64,000 nucleotides of DNA from Paraspadella gotoi (Eukaryota; Animalia; Chaetognatha): positions 8,489,008-8,553,007 of the forward strand of contig CM119268.1 in the NCBI GenBank assembly GCA_051294375.1, in the 5' to 3' direction. Positions 13,665 through 28,377 of this stretch are shown piece after piece. Both the position numbers and the translations under genes were made by a program. The notes under the pieces were generated by a model, which saw only the letters and a list, made by a program, of their open reading frames with translations, did no database searches and had not been told where the DNA came from. The stretch's first letter is position 1. Each line of letters starts with the position of its first letter.

Positions 13665-14881
13665 TTTTTTTTTTTCTCTCTCTCCTCTTCTTCAAGGATA
13701 CCACTTCACCGTCCAGCCTCCCTCCGCTGCGGCGTCCGCGCTCTTCTTGGGGCCGACGCGGGGCACGTTGACGGGAATCGCTTCGGGGTGCTCCGTCGTC
13801 TCAGTCAATAAATGCCCATCTGCCAAGCCCAAAGAACTGCAACGATCCAAGTTGTTGTTAGTGAGGAGATCAGCGACAAGTCGTAACTAGTCATACTTTT
13901 TATAGTTTCATACGAAGGAACCTCTCTCTCTCTCTCTCGCTTCTCCCTCTCTCTCTCTTCTCTCTCTCTCGCTCTCGCTCTCTCTCTCTCTCCTCTCTCA
14001 TTTCATTTTCCTTCGCCTGCTGATACTTTCGTCGTTGAATAATTCAATGGACGAAAGAATTTCAAATAATTTTCTCGGATTTATTTTCAGTGAGTCGAAT
14101 TTTTTTTTTTTCGATAAAGCGTTTTTCATAAAAAAAATCTCGAAAAACTTGCATAAATACGGAATTATTAAAGCAATAAATTGTATAAAAATAAATAACT
14201 AAATAATCACTAAAAAAAAAATTTAATGGAACTAAGAAATAACCTACAATAAATATTTATCGATAATGATATATAAAGTGATACAATTGAATTTACTTTT
14301 ATTTATTTATACGTTAGTTTTAATCTTTTATATCATCCAAAGCGGTAATAACTGCAGAACCCTTACGTAAATTATAGGGATACAAACAATCGTTAATGTG
14401 ATACCTCTGGGCGGACTGTAAAAAAAACTATTGTCTCAAGCTGCACGGAATTTTAACAGCATTGCTAATTAACTGTAGAAGTGTAGAATCCCCCCTTGTC
14501 TTCATGTAAATTCGATCTGACTAATTCACTCTGGAGCTTATCAATATCGTTATCATATTTTTTTTTTTCATTCTCACTCGTGAGCCTACTTGGATTCCTA
14601 CCTTATTTACATATCCATTTACATGTCATTACGTTTAATTACTCATTTATACTAGATATTTTTTTTTTGATAACTCTTTCTCGGGCCACGGAAATTGAAT
14701 AGAAATCGCACAACCAAAGTTCTACGCTATAATAGTCGAAACCTTACGCTCCGTGAGAAAGAAGGGATCGGGACGGTTCATGTCTGCCAAACGCCGTGAT
14801 CGTAAAAAGTAGATTGCGATTCACGAGCCGTCAATCGCCTGCAACAGTTTGCAATAGCCAAGCAGAATCACCTTATTTATC

Positions 14882-17800
14882 TGGGCCTGCAAGTCGTTTC
14901 GAACAACTAGACGTTTTTACTATATAAATTTGGTATCGTATGGAAAGAGACATGGCGAAATTAAGCCCAATCCTTAAATTTCATCAAAATCCGGACTAAG
15001 CGTTTTCCCCCCCCCCCCCCCCCCCCCCCCAAAAGTAATCGCAAAAAAAAGACTGGCGAAAAACGCTGTGCTCGGCGGATGCAACTCGCGCTATTTAAAG
15101 CATTCCGTTTTGGTTCTACAAAGAAAGTACTACGATAGCTTCAAAATCTTAGAACGCCGAATTTTAGCCTAAGCCTCGTATGCGTGATCGGGCCTCATAC
15201 AGAATTAAATTTTAAACTACCGAAGCCTCGGACGAAGAGTAATAACAGCATATGTAAAACTAAATAGAAGGGGAATAATATCTTTTTTATTCCAATTATG
15301 CTTGAAATAAACTAAAAAATAGTATGAGGCAAAATTATAGTAAGAAAATACAATTTTAAGTTAAAGTAAATATGCGGAGGAAGAACGGTTTTAACCGATG
15401 ATTAAATTTGAGTAAATCGGTTTGCAGATTTGTGTGATAGTAGAAGTTAATTTAATATTTATACATGCACATTGTTATTGAAAACGTTAAACTACTTAGT
15501 TAACAGCTTATCTCTTATAACGGCTTCGATATTATTGATCGGATCTGTGCTAAAACCAAAAAAACGAAGTCCGATCCGGATCGCGGACGATGGATTTTGA
15601 ACTGTTGTTAAAGAGATGGTTTCTCTGCGAAAGGAGTCACAGCAGATCGACGTCGGTCAGGAGCGGCTCACTTCGGCACGAGCAGCTGTGGTTCGTCAAG
15701 GATATTTCGGACGATTGACTCGCGAACTGGACGGCCGAGGAATCCGGCGTCGGCTTGTCATTGGCGGAAACGGCAAGGATGCCTACCTAAAAGTATGTAC
15801 ATGTATTTAAAAAACTATGAAAAATATGTTGTTATATATTTACTTAATTGTTTTTCTGAGGTTTTTTACACACATATCACATGATTAATATTCATCATTC
15901 GTTATCAACATGAGCGTTCGGAGATAGGGAGGAATTTTTTTGTGACTGAAGCTAGAATATGCAACAATAGTCAATATATTAAATGGAAAGATTCAATTCT
16001 CCAAAACAATTTTAACCCCAAGTCTACTCTAAAGCACCTGCAATACCGAAATACGTAAATTTACAAGTATTTTTTTCCCAAATTTACATTTTTTTACATG
16101 GAATTTTTATTTATTTTCCAGGTTGGTGTTAATTGACGAATAGTTGGACCTGCAAAATGGTATATATAGCTTGGATCTTCTGCTCTGGCCCAAATTACAC
16201 AAACTAAGAGAATTAACAAACTTGAAACATGATGAAATGTTAAAGTTTTTCTAGTTTCTATTTCTTTTGAAATAAAACAATTAGGCTTAAAGCCACATTT
16301 AACAGAAGCATAATTCATTAAACATTTCCCAACTCAAAAACGAAATATAGATAAGCATTGAATATATTGAATTTAAGAGTTGTTCATGCGTAAACCTACG
16401 TTGTAGTCATTCAAAATAAGGGATGTCGCCGGCGATTCAACGCAAGAGTCGCAAGGTGTGGTTGTTAATGAGATCAAGCGCAATTGGATTCGCCTAAATA
16501 TTGTCAAAAAGTAAAATTTAGAATTAAAAAAAAGGGGTTCATTTGATTTAATAGAAATAAACCCTTGATTAAAGTATTTATTACCTAACATTTTGCAACA
16601 CGTTTTTCAGACGAGCTCAAATCATTGACTTCGCTGTATACGAGCGTTTGTTGAGTGTTGGTATGAAAGTTTTGATGTCCAGTCATCCTTTAAATTTAAT
16701 AAATAAAATTGTGTAAAAACAAATAATATAATGTAAAGCGGTTGAACCTGCATTATTATTGTTTACAAAATGATCAACCATTGATATTGTCACCATACAT
16801 ATAATTTTTTAATAAAAAAGAGTTATGTTAAACAATTAATACATCAATATATGATCCAACGCATTTGACAAGTTGGTGAACAAGTTCCATAAATGCCTTT
16901 TTTTAAACATGCTTATTCATCTTATAAATCTTTGACTTCCAGGTTAATGTTACATAGAAATAAAAAATTACCAGAAGGCTCTCGGCGGGAACAGCCTCAT
17001 TAGCAAATAACAAGTTTCAGCAAATACTAAGTTTAGCAAACAATCGTCGGATTGGGTCCCGCGAATAATTTAAGCAGTAAAACGCAAATTATATTTTAAC
17101 TATCGAATAGTCATATTTATATTCTTAATTTCTTACTTGATCTTATTTTTTGGGATTTTATAATAGGGATTTTTGAAAATTAATTAAATGTCTTCCTCAT
17201 ATTTTTTTTCATTTTTTAAAAGAGCTAGTAAATGAAGACTTTTTTACTATTAAGGCTGTTCCAACTCGACATTACCTCAAACCTGTTTTAAACCCAGCTT
17301 CAATCACACACTTTCCTACTCCACCACAAAAATTTCATCGTCAGTCCATCTATCAATTATATAATATTGTTAATAATTTTTAGAAAATAAGTAAAAAATT
17401 CCAGAGTAAATGTTACTTTAGTTTTTTTTTTCATTTAAACACATTTCCGCTCGCATTTCCGGATTGCATTGAAACTTCAATCCAGTCAAATCACAACACT
17501 TTCCTGAAATTACCAAGATTTAATCTCAATCAATCCATCCAGTCAGAGTAATAATAATAATTTGAAGGGGGAACGGATGGGACAGACGGACAGAGAGGGA
17601 TAGTTTTAAAACAGACGACCAAAACATTTTATTTGCATAATTTATCTAACATGATCCATGGAACGACCATAAAGTTACTGTGGGGGCTGACCGACAGACC
17701 AAACAAAGTGGATTGTTATGAGTCGGAATCTCGAAAAACAATGATGCCAGCAAACTACCCCATGTCCGTTCGTGAAGTGACACTATAACAAAATCTTTTT

Positions 17801-20800
17801 TAATATTTTTTAAAACAATTTGAATAAAAACATATTTTAAAAAAAAAGAATTTTATATATAAAGGAATTACTTGTTATATTCAAAGTATTGAAGTTTAAT
17901 TACATTCAATTCATAAAGCCATAAAGCATAATGCATAAATAATTATTCACGTGCAAGATTGCAATTAAAAAAAACACTATTTACACGAGGCGTCAAACTA
18001 AGTTTTCTTCTTTTTTAAAGATTTAAAGTTTTTAGAAATTAAAGTTAAACTCAATCAAATTAAATGACCTCAGAAACAACATAACTTTAAAAACTAAGAC
18101 TCAATACAGGACTTAAATAAAAACCATGGCAAACATAGGTAATAGCTTTGACACAAGCTTAAGCTGGTTAAAAAAGTAACAAAACTCGAAAGCAAACTTA
18201 ATTAAAACGAACTTAACTTTATTAGAATGGAAAATAATAAGATACAACGTAAAAAAATTTTAGAGTAGAAATAAAATTCAATTAAGATTCAACCGTAAAT
18301 AAGGAGTCCGTGGATGCCGAGTCTTGAAAATTCGGACGACGCGCGAAAAATACGATGCCCCCACCGCTGATTTGGCCGCCGGCGAGGCATCTTCCTTATC
18401 TCTGTTGCGCATAGCGATCACTGTGTGGTGACGGCCCCGGCGATCGGACGTGGGGAACACGCCTTTGCTCTAACCCCGTCCGCGGCGCGGGCCGCAGCAT
18501 TCAAGGACGCCGCCGCCTATCCGCTTTGTTGAAAAATAATCTCGCGTCGTAATCCTTCCAATCGTTTGATAAAGATCCAGAACGGAGACGACGTGAAAAA
18601 AAGGTTCTTTTTACTGTTAGAGAGTTTGCCCGTCGCGCCCCTACTTGGAGTAGCAGTCCACACGTCGGTCCACTTCACGCAAGACCGCAATAACGGGAGG
18701 GTTTGTGGCCCAGTTCATAAGGGCCGCAAGTCCCAGCCTAAAGTGTCCGTGGCTTTCGTCGTGGGCCTCTTTAGCCCTAAAGTATTTCCGAAAATTCGGT
18801 GACGTAGTCTTGATGTGACTAAATGGGCGTGACATTCCTGCTTACTGCCGTCGTTAAGAAAGGCCATTTGTTGGAAGCAGTAGAAGTCCTAATGGTCTAC
18901 CTCATTGGCCAACTAGTATTATTGAACTTGGAAGAGAAAACTGGGAAGGAAAGATAAGGCAAAAAGCGAAACTATTCAGAGCTATGAAAAACCAGGTCAT
19001 ATGAAAACTAAAGAGCAAGACAATAATCTGTACAATCATTAGAAATCTAATCTAATGAAATTTAAATTCAATAGGGCGGGGGTTCAAATACACTTTAAGT
19101 CTTGAAGTCTATGCTTTTTAGGATGGGTTAGAAAGTATTTTTTTTTAAAAAAAGTTCGATTTTTTAAATGCTGTTTTATTGTTGCTATTAAAAAATTTTA
19201 CACATATTAAACTATGATAAATGATAAAAAAACAATTTTTTTTAATCAATCTATAACTTTTTTTGCAAATGGATTGTGAATAGAGCATAAAAAAGTTAAA
19301 ATGAAAAATTTAACTAACAACTTTCAAAAAATCATTTATGTTGTTCCTTGTCAACATTAAAAAAAAAGGTAATAAAATTATTGAAAAATGGATGAATGAT
19401 GAGATTATAAAAAGTAATTTTTCATTATTTTTCACAATCATACTTATGAATCAAAATATATTGAAAAAGAATTATAACTTTGTGTAGAGCACGGTACTTT
19501 TTGCAAAACTTACCTGAAAATTGATTCTTAAAAATGCCAAAAAATCCAAAAAAAATTTTTAGGCACTTCCTATTTAAATAAAATAAATATTTAAATTAAT
19601 ATATGGAGTAGGGGAGTAAATAAAAAAAAAAATTTTGTCCATTCAAATTTTTAAGAACAAAATTCTAAATTTTCGTTTGAGGAGGGTGCTTAATTCCCAT
19701 TTCCTTAACCCACCTTATTGAGTTAGTCCCGCCCCTAACATCAATACTGGTGAACGTTTTTTTTGTTTATAAGGTTTCACGTTTAATTTTTAATTTATTC
19801 TATATTTAAAGTTAAATTCTTTTGCCAAACAGAGGTAAAAATTTTGAACCCCAAAAAAAAAAAAAAATAAAAAAAAAAGTCATTCTAGTAGCATGTTAAA
19901 TGAATAACACGGAACGAAAAAAATTTTATAACATAGACATCTTAAAATGTTTCAGTCAATTGGCGTACGTCGAAATTTTCTCGTAACATTTTGTAAATCT
20001 TAAAGTTTATCTTTTATAGAGTTCGGTCGAAAAAAAAGGTCGAAAAAAAGGCCATGTTCTTAACTATCTGTGAAAAAAATATTTTTATAAATCATAAAAT
20101 TCCGAAGTTAAATGCTTATTTAACTGGTGTTAATAATGAACTTTCAATTGATACTTTTAGGAGAAATTAATTTAGAAATTTCCCCTCTCACACCACATCA
20201 ATAACAATACTTTTTTTTACTGATAGAAATTGTGGAAAATGATCGTCAAAAAGGTTTAATTAAATATTAAATGTATTTTAGAAAAAATTGGGATATAAAA
20301 CAACGTCTTAGTAGAATGCTATACACTTTTAAAGGCAAGACATATAAGTAAGATAAATATATATATAGGTATAGAAATAGACAGCGAAAAAAATTTTAAA
20401 ACTCTTGAAAAATTTTTTTTAATGGCAATTCTGTATAAGAGCTATAAATAATGATTACAGCTTTAAAAAAAAATCTTACGTTTTCTTAGTAAAGATTTTT
20501 AAAATAAAATTTTGGCGGAAAGTTCCGCCCATCTCATGCGCGGCGGCTAGGAGCCATGGGCGGGCTTGAAGATTATGGCTCCTGGACAGGGGAGACGAAG
20601 ACGGGATTAACATTCGAAGGCGCTAGTTTTATTTTTCCGGCCAGTTATCCAATTTAGGGATGTAGATATCGGGCGGGTCGAGATAGGGATAAAGTTAGTT
20701 GGGGAGGGCCGCCGTCCCGATTTCTCAAAAGTTTGGTGTTTCCCCCCTTTGAACAGAAGATGGTTTGCATTCCAAGCGTTTAGTTTTCCCCCCCAATCAC

Positions 20801-22408
20801 CTTGCATGTTGGTGGCGAAACGGCTGTTAAGAAAAGAAAGGAAGGGCTTCCTTGTCCAGCCACCGAATGTCCTCTTAACCTATTAGTGGTTGGAAAAAAA
20901 AGATTCGCCTGGTTGTTTGACAAGAGAGACAAAAGTGGTTGGCGGCATTTTTTGAGGTGGTTGGGCGCAGGCCTGAGGAAACAATGGCCTCTTGACGGAG
21001 AGACGACAGAACCGTCAAAGGCATTTTTTTCGGTACCCATCATCCCCGTTAGGGATGTAGACGTTCCGCGGGGCGAGATTTGAGGATCCTGGAAACGAGG
21101 CCCGGCGTTTTTCTTTTTTTTCGCATGTTTGAGCTCAGAATAGTTCCATGTTCGCCGAAATCGAAATCGTGACGGCCTCCCCTAACTCCCTGGTCGTCGT
21201 GACAAGTTGGCATGGGCATGGTCTCCGTGCTCTCATCCTCTTCGCGTTGCAGGTTTTTCTGAGCGGCAGAGAGTCCCGATGAAAATAAGCGGGATTCCGA
21301 GGGCGATATCCATGTCGCCGCGCAGGGATATAGAACGAGAGTCGAGGGAGGATGTAGATTAGAGAATTAAAAAATTAATTAAAAATAAGAAATCGTTTTT
21401 TTAAATGTGGCCATTGGCTCCGTTGAATGTCGCTGTCTTTGAGTTCGCTTTATTTTGCTTCATCAACAAAAGAACATACTCAGAAGCCATGGCGTCGCGG
21501 GACCCAACAACGCTAACGAAGAGATTAATATACTTATAATTAAATTATTGGGATATAATATATTTTTATAATATTAATATTATAATTTATAATATATATA
21601 TTTATAATAAGTTTAAAAAAAGTTTCAGCGAGAAAGATGTTTCATAATAAACCGAGCCACTAAAAAATACCTCTTCTGAATGAAGCCGCGGGTTGCATCG
21701 TCCGCAAGGCCATGGCTTTTCGGATTAGGAATTTCACGGTAGAGTCATTATGCTCGTTTCGGGTCCAATAATAAATGTTAATCGAAACAAAAGCCTTTGC
21801 TTTCTTCGGATTATTTTAACGTTTAGAAAAAATATAGCCCTTCGCGCTCCACCTAAAAAGATGAAAGTAGAAGACTCACTGTACTTTTCTAACCATGTAT
21901 TAAAAAATAACAATTCTTTTCGTGGGCATGACGTTGGAGAAAAGAAATTGAGCTAAAAAAAAGGAGGTTCATGTTATTACCAAAAAACAAGCAATCGAGC
22001 TTGGAAATTTTTTACCTTTTTTTTAAAAGCTCAAAGATAGAGAAAAGACCAATGGGCTTTTTCATATATTAAAGTCAAAATGGAGTTTGTTCTTTCTTTA
22101 TTGAAGAACGAGCCTGGTTTATTACTCAAACGTTACGGTGGATTACGAAAGGGGGTCAAACCAGTCAACTTCAAAATGCATTTTTAATACAATGAAAAAA
22201 ATAAAATATTCCTCGCAGCTCGTCACCGATGGCCCTGCCACGGAACCTACACTTTCAGAAATCTAACCCATATTAATTTACCTAGGAGATTTTATAAAGG
22301 CTTGACATGGGGATTTTAATATAGAATCGAAATTTTCCCCAAAAACGCGGGAAACTTGATTCCACAACCCCGTCGACCGAAACGACGACATGCGCCCCAA
22401 ATTTTATC
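14882..22408. mobile_element. 7.5-kb insertion present in one duplicate copy only; possible TIR element with degenerate coding patches
   Basis: The flanks are contiguous in the second copy at about 30160. TTTATC occurs at both junctions. The ends TGGGCCTGCAAGTCGTTTCG and CGAAACGACGACATGCGCCCCA are weakly inverted. Confidence 0.4.
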
Positions 22409-23586
22409 AGGTCAATCCGTTTTTTTTTCCGAGTGGAAACGAGGGTTTTCAATTTCAGTCTTTCAATATTCAACGACTTTCTGCCGATAAACGAAAATAA
22501 GAAACGAAGTTTGTCTCCCCCGTTTAAAAATTTTTATTAGCTCGACTAAAACGATGGAATTTAATTTTTTAAAAAAAAAGTTATTTGTAAACGAAAAAAG
22601 ATTAAACTTTTTTTTTTTTTTCATAACCCACAGGAAAGCTTTAGTTTTCTTTCTTTTGAATATTTTTTTCTGGCACTTTATAACTTTAGACATTTTATCA
22701 TGTTTTACATCATTTTGTAGCACGCACACAATCATAGTTTGGCGAGACCAAATTTTTTGGTTAATAATATTGTCAAATGTAGATAAATAATTTTATATTT
22801 TTTGTTTCCATTCACTTTCTTCGAAGACGGGGAAGCACCCTCCAAATCAAAATCTCGGTCAAACAAATTTACGATTTTTTTTGTTTTAATGAGAACAACT
22901 CACCTTGACGTGACGAAATAAATCTTGTGAATGAAAGAAATAAAAGGTTCGCCGGAGACGCAAATCATGCTCTCTCTCCTTCTTCTCATCTCTCTCTCCT
23001 CATCCTCAGTCAAACTCACCTGACGACGAATAACATCTTGGTGAATTGAAAAGAAAATAAAGTTCGAGACCATCCATGCTCGCTCGTCCTCTCCTCTCTC
23101 TTCTCCTATCTCTCCCCATCTTCTCTCTCTTCTCGCTCTTCTCTCTCTCTCTCCTCATCTCTCTTCTCTCTCATCTCTCCTTTCTTTCTCCCTTCTTGCA
23201 AATATTCCCTTTCATGTAAACATACTCTCACTTCACTATTTCACTCTATTCTCACATAACCCTTTTATTAGGATTTTTTTTAATATTTTAAAAAAACTCA
23301 ACTAAGGGTTGCAGATTTAAAACTTTTTATATGTAAATTTATTAAATAGAATCGACAGTTCGTTAATTTTCGTCTTCAAAAACCAATCGCCCAGCAGAAA
23401 ATTTATGGAAGTTAGCTAGACACAAAGTAAATGCTTTAAAATATTGTCCATTGATAAAAACCTATTGTCCTAATTATAAAATGTTTTTTTTATCAAGTTC
23501 AAATTATTTTATGTTCGGGGGCGACTTCGAAGTAACGAAAAAACGAAGAATTGTTGTTTGGNNNNNNNNNNNNNNNNNNNNNNNNN

Positions 23587-26500
23587 GGTTTAAGCGGAAC
23601 GGAATCGTAATGAGAAAAAGTGTCTAATATGATAAGCACGGTGTGGCCGACGAAATTGATTTGCGTGCGTCGCTGCGATGACGGCCATCACGGTTATTTA
23701 CTTTTTTTGGTTTAAGGAACGCCGTACCGCCGGCCACATCCCCCATTTCGACGCCTCGTTGGGCCAGAATCGACCGACCGAATCAAAAGAACGGCACGTT
23801 TCTTTGCCGCTTCGTCATTCGTTCTTTTATTGCGGGCTGACAGCAACGATTTTTTTTCTAAACTACGAGACCTGTTACCTCGTGACCGGCATGTACTTAC
23901 CATTTCCTCTCCCCTCTTGGATCGTCTGCCCTCCGCCTTCATCTTCGTGGTCTCTCTTCAAGACATTTATGAATTTAGTTTTTCTGGTAGCTTTTTAGTT
24001 TAACTTTATAGTTATTATGCCTTTAGCTCTAGTTGATTGTTCCTCTTTATACTTATCTAGTTGCTTCTTTCTGTGTCTTCATGACATTTACTTGATACAT
24101 CCGTTTTAGATGACCCATTTGTAGGCTCCTGATATTACGTGCTTGACCGTCTAATCTTATCACTCAGTTGTGCATACCGCCATTGACGCGTCCATTGGCC
24201 TTCCTATGACTATTCTGCCTGTGACGCGAACTACTACACGCATGACCGACTGAAGCTTGCTTCCTCTGCTTCTTCTATTCAGGACCGCTTAGAGTTACAG
24301 CTGGTAACATCTGAAGCTTCTGATGCTTCAACACAGCCTACCTGTCTGCGCTATTGCCTGTAAGGTCTCGCCTCTCATCATTCCTTTAGGCTCTTCATGG
24401 TCCGTCTTGATCAAGGAAGTCAATAGACGTATACATATTCATCGGCGACGTTGCGACGCTCTCGAGCGCCTACCTTTATTCTTTACTTCTTTCAATTGAA
24501 GAGCAAATTCGTTTAAAGCAAGTACAAATCGTTTTAAAAGACATGACATAGTTCCCTTTTCTCCATGAGTCGTTGACAGCGTTTTATGTAGTCTTCTTCC
24601 ACTGCATTTAACTACTAAACAGGGGCATCGCGTATCCTGGCCCAGATGTCGTAGTCCCATTCCTTTTGTCTGAGCGCTGAAATCCGATCGAGCTCCACCT
24701 GTCTTCCTTTCCGGAGAACTCCAGTAACGATTCTCCATGTTGCGTCTCCAGCATTGCCGTTCACGTGAACGTCTGACGATCAGACATTGCGCCCAAGTGC
24801 TCCTTCATTGCAGCGTTTTCACCTTTGCGTCGCTTATAGCTTCTCGGATCGTCTCCAGAAGACTGGCTCCGACCAGCCAATTAAGGAAAAAAATTACATA
24901 TCCCTCTCAGGCGCACCTCATTGTAACACCACAAGACAATACTGGCTTTCCGCAGCAACCTGAGCTTAATCGACAGGTGTTCTTATAGCTGGCGCATAAC
25001 ATTTCCTTTTCTATGCCTAGCATGCGCATGGATCGTCCTAGTTCCCCATGAATACCACCTCTCGTAACTACTGCTCTCTTCCTCCATCTTGGTTACTAAC
25101 AGCTCTGCTACCATCCAGCTCTAGTGAAGTCAGCCTTCTGCCTATTGAGTTTGCCAGTCACATAGTATTCAGTAGCTTACTAACTCAACCCGCTAGTCAC
25201 AGTACGCCCGCAAAACCACCCAGCTTAAGATATCGCTGCGTCACAATATCATTGCGTAGGTTATCTCATCATTGCTGATGACTTATCGATGCCATCATCA
25301 TCATCAATCAACTTGCAATCAGCTTCCACTTTACTACATCGTCTCAACTCCTTCAAGACAGATCTCTCTCCTCGTATCCCCTTGCACAATTCTCATCCGT
25401 CCATATACGTTCCACTGAGCTTCGATGAAATCCTGCTTGGCCAAATCCGACCACATACGTCGCTCGGCTCATCCACGGCCGCTCTCCCTGAGCACATTCG
25501 CGTAGCTTCTGCAAAATCCAAGAGTGGATCTTTTCTCTCTCTCGCCTCCAACGCGCATCGTCAGTCTCGATTGATTGTCGAAGTTGTGGTCCTTGCTTTG
25601 TCCAGGGCGTCGTTGATCGACTGAGTTGGAATAGAAGGATTACAATCAATCAATCATCGTGGAATAAATAATGCAGCCCACAATCGATAGCTAAATCCAA
25701 ATTTAATCCATTCAAATCGAATGGAAACTCAATCTACGACTCGCCTGAACCCTCTGCCAGGGCACTTGGCCCTACCGACATTCGGCCCTCGACACTGTTC
25801 ATACTCATGCTACTGCTTTTCTCCGTGTCACACTGTCTCTCCTTAGTCCTCTCTCGCCCGTACGACCTCCTGCTTACGATGTCTGTCCAGCTCGTCGAGC
25901 AACTTTATGCAACTCGTGTTCATTCTCTTGTGTTTCATCGACCTCTTCGCCCAGCACCAGCTCGACTCTATTGTATTCGATATTCGGCGTGCTTAGGACG
26001 GAACGAACGGTCGGCGGGAGTGAGACCAACAAGCTAAAGAGACCCCAACATGAATTCTATGTCCCTATGAGTAATCCTAAAGGTTTAATCTTATCAAGTT
26101 TCAACATTCTAAGACTTTTAACAAGTACATCCTAAAATTTGATATGGTGCTGTCATAGCTTACTGTTATCCTACTTTAGGTTAAGTACTAAAAACAAATC
26201 CTGCCTGACACGGTAACAATCTGACTATCTGATCCGGCACACTACACCGATAATCCACCAGCACTACCTTATCCAGCAAAACCTCTAAAATCGATAGTAT
26301 CATAACGAGTACTATTCTATCGAGGTCATCCCTCAGCGCAACAACGGTACATCACATTAGAACAACAACAATACACAAATTATGCTTTTGGTTGCTTTTT
26401 TTTTTTCTTTTGTCAAGGAAATAAAATATCATAGTTGAGTGATGAAAAAGGATCAGTCTTGATGCTAAAAAAAAACCTAAGCCACTATCGATGAGTGTAT

Positions 26501-27485
26501 TCAAATTTGTCGAAAGAAAAAACTGAACACCGAAGAAAAAAAATATAGGCTGCGGGATTCGGGTTAGTTGTCCTCTCGCGATGATGACGTTCTACATGCA
26601 ATGGGTGCCAATGGAGTGACTCGACTACGGACTAGCAAATGAACTCTGTCATTGCGTCTCAACTAGTGCGCAGACCATGGGCAAAATAGCAATACGGACG
26701 GCGCGTCGGTTGAAAACCGTCATAATGACATGAGCGTTCCTAGAGATGCCGGAGGGAAACGCAAGAGAGTAATAGTTTTGAATGTAAATTAATCAACTCT
26801 CTAACTAGTCGAACAAACCTCTAGTAACACGATCGAAGGGAAAAACCAAACGAAAATTGGACCTTGGTTGTTTTTATAGGTGATTTAATTATACAAAAAA
26901 ATGAGCTTTTTGAAATGTAGCGATTGAGAAACATAAATTGAGAGAGAGAGAGCTGACGAGACGATGAGAGAGAGAGACAGAGAGAAGAGAGAGATAGAAG
27001 AGAGAGAGAGAGATGAGATGAGAGTGACCTGACAGAAGCAGAAATGAAGAGAATCACAGGCGACACCTTCTCTACTTATTGCGTAAAGGGTCCGTTTCCG
27101 GCCCAACACCTTTCCATTTAATTCGAAATGTTTTTCAAAATTTTATGAGTTCGTTTAATTGTTGTTGCGAAAGGTAAATTAAGCGAAGCTGGGGAGAGAA
27201 GGTTGAAGGTTGAGGAGCTTCTGGAGTAGAAGTATTGGAAAGAAATGGAGTGAAATATGATTGGCAAGCGAGGTGAAGTTATGGCGGAAAGGAGTAAAAA
27301 CAGCTTGAACTTTAGAGTAACGAGCGGGGGAAAATCATATGAATTTGAGAATTTAAATAAGGCTTTAAAATATTAATTCCAAGAAGCAAGTCGGAAATGG
27401 CCTCGTTGGAATAATCTTTGTTGTTCCTAGTTAAACTATGCATTATAATATGGCATTCAGTCTCCTCTCTCTCTCTCTCTCCTCG

Positions 27486-27538
<53 letters not shown>

Positions 27539-27560
27539 GTCTCTCTCTCCTCTCTCTCTC
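23587..27560 (-). repeat. Error-rich inverted copy of about 6050-9310
   Basis: It is the reverse complement of 9310 to 6150, with many single-base indels (raw long-read-like). It includes sequence spanning the N-gaps at 8029-8312 and 8418-8667. Confidence 0.9.
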
Positions 27561-27579
27561 TCTCGTCGTATTTCTTCGT

Positions 27580-28170
27580 GATAGAACTCCCAGTCCGCGG
27601 TTAACGCAGACTCTCAGTCCCCCACACCCGGAGAGTGGCGCCCTCGCGAGCCGCCACACCAAGCGCCAACACCCTTCCCCGCGCCACTACCCGCCGGCGG
27701 TAGAGTCCCCGAGAGCCGCCACTCCGTCTTCCTTGGCCGAGAGACCTTCGACGCCGAAGAGCTCGTCCGCGGTGTGTCCATCGTGTCTTCAGTTGACCGC
27801 CGAAGTTCCTGAAGCCCCGGCGTCGGCGCCGACTTCGCTCAAATCGCCGGCCAACGCGGCCGCGGAACCGAAGCCGTCCCTCAAGCGACGGACTCTGAGC
27901 TGGTCGTCCCTCAAATCGGAAACGGCGAATCGACCAATCGAAGAGGAGGAGGTCGACGCCCCGCCCACCGCGCGATCCGCCAATGGGAGGTTGACTAGAA
28001 GCATTGAAAGAGGAACACGATCGACCAATGAGAGATCATCTTTCGTAGCGGACAAAGACACGGCACTCCTATTGGCTAGAGACAATCGAGAATCAAGCAA
28101 TGAACGAGGACCCTTCGAGATTTCATCGGCCAATCAGATTATGACGTCGACGCCGAGACCAGGAAAGAAC

Positions 28171-28211
<41 letters not shown>

Positions 28212-28377
28212 CCCGAGAACGCCGTCGCCGACAAGAAAGTTGCACCGACTCTTGGCGGAATCGATGAGGATGGTTGAAGAACTGGAGAGATCTACGTTCG
28301 CCGACGCGGGGATTGATGGAGTAACTGCGGGTGCTGCTGCTGTAGAAGACGACGTCGACATCGAGGAAATGCTTTGA
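27580..28377 (+). CDS. Second copy of the terminal low-complexity exon (11771-12590)
   Basis: ORF 27418-28377 ends GIDGVTAGAAAVEDDVDIEEML*. The sequence is a near-identical duplicate of 11771-12590. Confidence 0.45.

Noticed and set aside
15007-15030. Poly-C run as a functional G-quadruplex
   Set aside because: It is an isolated homopolymer with no supporting context.
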